Assembly (NCBI RefSeq): GCF_004010195.1
Contig: NC_057719.1
Location: forward strand, 52,724,511-52,776,783
Direction: 5' to 3'
DNA: 52,273 bases
Source of the DNA: Chiloscyllium plagiosum
Lineage: Eukaryota
Shown here: piece after piece, positions 48,849 through 52,273 of the stretch
How the letters are laid out: every line of letters starts with the position of its first letter
How positions within the stretch are numbered: position 1 is the first letter of the stretch
Notes under the pieces: generated by a model
The model's input: only the letters and a program-made list of their open reading frames with translations
What the model was told of the DNA's origin: nothing
Database searches by the model: none
Made by a program: the position numbers and the translations under genes

Positions 48849-50451
48849 TTTAAGTTACATTTAGGGAACACATAACAGTATCATTACAAAAAGCTTACTC
48901 ATAAATGAACTCCCTGTTAGAAGAGATGTATTTATGAAAATGGCTTTATAAAAGAATGATATCAATTGGCAGAATATGTAGGTCTGCTCATTTGTGATTT
49001 TGATACCTTTGAGATTGGAAATATTTAAATGTAACTTTGATGTGTTCACCCCAGAATATTAGGCAACAAAAACTTAAATACAAATTTCTTCACAATATAT
49101 CATCAGACCTACGATTGTTATCAAACCATCCTTCCATATATTGCTGTCTTGGAATAAAAGATATTGTGGTGCAACAAATATCAATCTGGTTTTGAATGTC
49201 TGAACTGTACCTAATATAATTTGGAAATGTGGTGCAATATACTCCTGAGTAATCAACTTATCTCATGTCCTATTTGGTGAATGTTGGCATTTTTCACGTT
49301 ATGAAAAATAGCCCACAAAGCAATTTTTCTCCCTCTTGAACCTTAACCAGGGCAGAGAAATACGGCACTCACATTGATTTCGAAACATTAGCTATTAGGG
49401 AATGTTTTATGACTCTATACTTCTGTTGGTGAACTTTGTCCATGGACACATATTTGAAATTCATGACCATGCTACTCACAATTTTCTGATATGTGTTCCT
49501 AGCAGGTAAGGCTGCCTGTCAATAGAACAAAGTTAGAAAATTATTCCTGCTGTGTTTTCTTTCATTAAAGGACAATTTCCCTGATACTGTGATTGAAGAG
49601 TAGCAGGTCAAATAGCTTATGAGGCAGCCTCAGGGCACTTTGGCACTGAACAAGGCTGATGCTGAGGCATTTCTTATATTGGAGATTGGGGCTGGCATGA
49701 GAATTATATCAATGCATTATAATAGATTCCAGAATTAATTTTCTACCCATATGCAATGCAGCTCCCAAGTTCTACAAGCTATTCAAGTAGAATTCCGATA
49801 TTTCCATTTAAGTTGGTTAATTATGATATTTTCACATTGATTGCTAATTTGTGATGTGATTTGTGCATTTTGTTCTGTTGTTTGTAGCCGTCTTTCAGTA
49901 ATTCAACACTCTTTTGGATATTCCTATCACAGCATTCTAGATAGCATCAATTTTCACACTCAGCTGGGGCTCCGCACTAATGTTTTATTTAGCTGGCAGG
50001 CACTCCACCTGCATTATGAAAATTTTCACTTAGTGGAATTAAGGCCTAATTGAGTCAGTTGCACAAATTTTAAGCTCATTGGTCATCAAAGATTGTCAAA
50101 GTTTGGATATTTCATAATCCTCAATGCTTCTCATCTGAGGAGATGGTACTGGCTGTGCAGCAGCGAGATAGGAATTGAAAACTATCTGATGAGTTCTGTA
50201 ATTTCTATCTGATTATGGTAAAATGCTGCAGTGCCTATAGGGAGCATACCTTGCAATTTTCATCTATGCTAGCTTGTTAACATGCTGTAGACCATAAGTT
50301 GCCCCACTGTTCCTCTGCAATTATTTTACCAGCAAGTCATAGAGAGTCATAGAGTCATATGACATGGAAACAGGCCCAACTCATCCAGGTTTCCTAAACT
50401 GAACTAGTCCCATTTGCCTGCATTTGGCCCATATAGGCCTTTTCTATCCAT

Positions 50452-50660
50452 GCTTTTAGATCAGAGTAGTGCTGGAAAAGCACAGCAGGTCAGGCAGCAT
50501 CCGAGGAGCAGGAAAATCGACATTTCAGGATTCCTGATGAAGGGCTTTTGCCCGAAATGTCGATTTTCCTGCTCCTCGGATGCTGCCTGACCTGCTGTAC
50601 TTTACCTGCACCACTCTGATCTAAACTCTGGTTTCCAGCATCTGCAGTCCTCACTTTTGA
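50452..50660 (+). mobile_element. Fold-back element family 1, best-preserved hammerhead core
   Basis: ~70-bp inverted arms; perfect 13-bp TSD cttttctatccat at 50439-50451 and 50661-50673. Confidence 0.9.
50527..50570 (+). ncRNA. Minimal type I hammerhead ribozyme-like motif
   Basis: CTGATGA (50534-50540), A, stem II GGGC-TTTT-GCCC, GAAA, TGTC (other copies have CGTC); predicted cleavage after C50561; imperfect stem I. Confidence 0.65.
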
Positions 50661-51334
50661 CTTTTCTATCCATTTACCTGTCCAAATGACTTCTAAATGT
50701 TGTAATTGTACCTACCTCCAACACTTCCTCTAGCAGCTCATTCCATATATGCAACACTCTCTGTGTGAAAATGTGCCGCTGGGATACCTTAAACCTTTCT
50801 TCTCCTGGCTTAAACCTATGCCATCTAGTTTTGGACATCCCTACCCTGGGGAAAATACCCTTGGCTATTCACCCTATCCGTGTCCGTCATGATATTATAA
50901 ACTTTAAGGTCACCCCTCATCTTCCTATGCTCCAGGAAGAATAAAGTTCTAGTCCTTATAACTCAAAACTGCTAGTCCCAGTGACATCCTTGTAAATCTT
51001 TTTTGCATCCTTTCTGGTTTCTTTCCTATAGCAGGGCAACCAGAATTGACCTTACCTGTGTCTTCTACAACTATAACATGATGTTAGAACTCCTGTACTC
51101 AATGCTCTGAGGGATGAAGGCAAGCATGCTAAATGTCTCATTCACCACCCTGTCTACTTGTGATGTCACTGGATGTAAACTCCAAGTTCTTTCTATTGGA
51201 CAACACTCATCAGGGCCTTACCACCAGGGCCCTATCTTTGCAAGTCCTGCCCTGATTTGTCTTACCAAATGCAACACATCACATTTTCTGAAATAAACTC
51301 CATCTGTCATTCCTCAACTCACTGGCCTAATTAC

Positions 51335-52273
51335 AGAGTCATAGAGTCATAGAGATGTACAGCATGGAAACAGGCCCTTCGGTCCAACCCGTCCATGCCG
51401 ATAATCCAACCCAATCTAGTTCCACCTGCTTGTACCCGGCCCATATCCCTCCAAACCATTCCTATTAATATACCCATCCAAATGCTTCTTAAATGTTGGA
51501 ATTGTACCAGCCTCCACCACTTACTCTACAGCTCATTCCATACACGTACCACCCTCTGTGTGAAAAAGTTGCCCCTATCTTTTATATCTTTCATGTCTCA
51601 CCCTAAATCTAGGCTCTCTAGTTCTGGACTCCCCGACCCCAAGGAGAAGACTTTATCTATTTATCCTATCCATACCCTTCATAATTTTGTAAACCTCTAT
51701 AAGGTAACCCCTCAGCATCTGACGCTCCAGGGAAAACAGTCCCAGCCTGTTCAGCCTCTCCCTATAGCTCAAATCCTCCAACCCTGGCAAAATCCTTGTA
51801 AATCTTTTCTGAACCCTTTCAAGTCTTACAACATCCTTCCGATAGGAAGGAGACCAGAATTGCACGCAATATTCAAACAGTGGCCTAACAAATGTCCTGT
51901 ACAGCAGCAACATGACCTCCCAACTCCTGTACTCAATACTCTGACCAATAAAGGAAAGCATATCAAACGCCTTCTTCACTATCCTATCTACCTGCGACTC
52001 CACTTTCAAGGAGCTATGAACCTGCACTCCAAGGCCTCTTTGTTTAGCAACAGTCCCTAGGACCTTACCATTAAGTGTATAAGTCCTGCTAACATTTGCT
52101 TTCCCAAAATGCAGCACCTTGCATTTATCTGAATTAAAATCCATCTGCCACTTCTCAGCCCATTGCCCATCTGGTCCAGATCCTGTTGTAATCTGAGGTA
52201 ACCCTCTTCGCTGTCCACTACACCTCCAATTTTGGTGTCATCTGCAAACTTACTAACTGTACCTCTTATGCTC
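51335..52273 (-). mobile_element. Young CR1 LINE 3' portion, continues past the window end
   Basis: Highly similar to 22800-23720; KFADDTK and RPLFEYCVQFWSP motifs; octamer tail. Confidence 0.95.

Larger units (their letters stand above)
50335..51330 (-). mobile_element. Older CR1 3' fragment with deletions
   Basis: (GAGTCATA)n tail and colinear similarity to 22800-23610. Confidence 0.85.

Noticed and set aside
49442..49505. Signal-peptide leader exon MDTYLKFMTMLLTIF*YVFLA
   Set aside because: In-frame TGA, and all frames after the next acceptor (~49570) are closed.
51395..52060. 221-aa plus-strand ORF (and 23064-23468)
   Set aside because: Antisense shadow of CR1 ORF2.

Overview
A eukaryotic, repeat-dense window with no identifiable intact host gene. 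HE1-type V-SINEs and CR1/HER1-like LINEs point to an elasmobranch (shark) genome; this is an inference from repeat families. Main contents: a near full-length CR1 LINE (22.8-27.0 kb), a full-length but decayed L1 (42.8-48.4 kb), a decayed Gypsy LTR element with both LTRs (8.3-12.4 kb) plus a related solo LTR, Rex1/Babar and Penelope RT relics, several PIF/Harbinger relics, four HE1 SINEs and a Tigger-like MITE. Most notable: (1) about ten short fold-back elements, seven flanked by 11-15 bp target-site duplications, whose centres carry a minimal hammerhead-ribozyme motif (CTGATGA..GAAA(C/T)GTC) typical of Penelope-like elements; (2) a perfect 59-bp inverted repeat at 41445-41610 just downstream of an unassigned ~320-codon minus-strand reading frame containing a 32-nt G-rich minisatellite; (3) a 62-bp locally templated insertion; (4) a clean-looking 99-nt orphan exon candidate. 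All calls are by eye; boundaries of old repeats are approximate.
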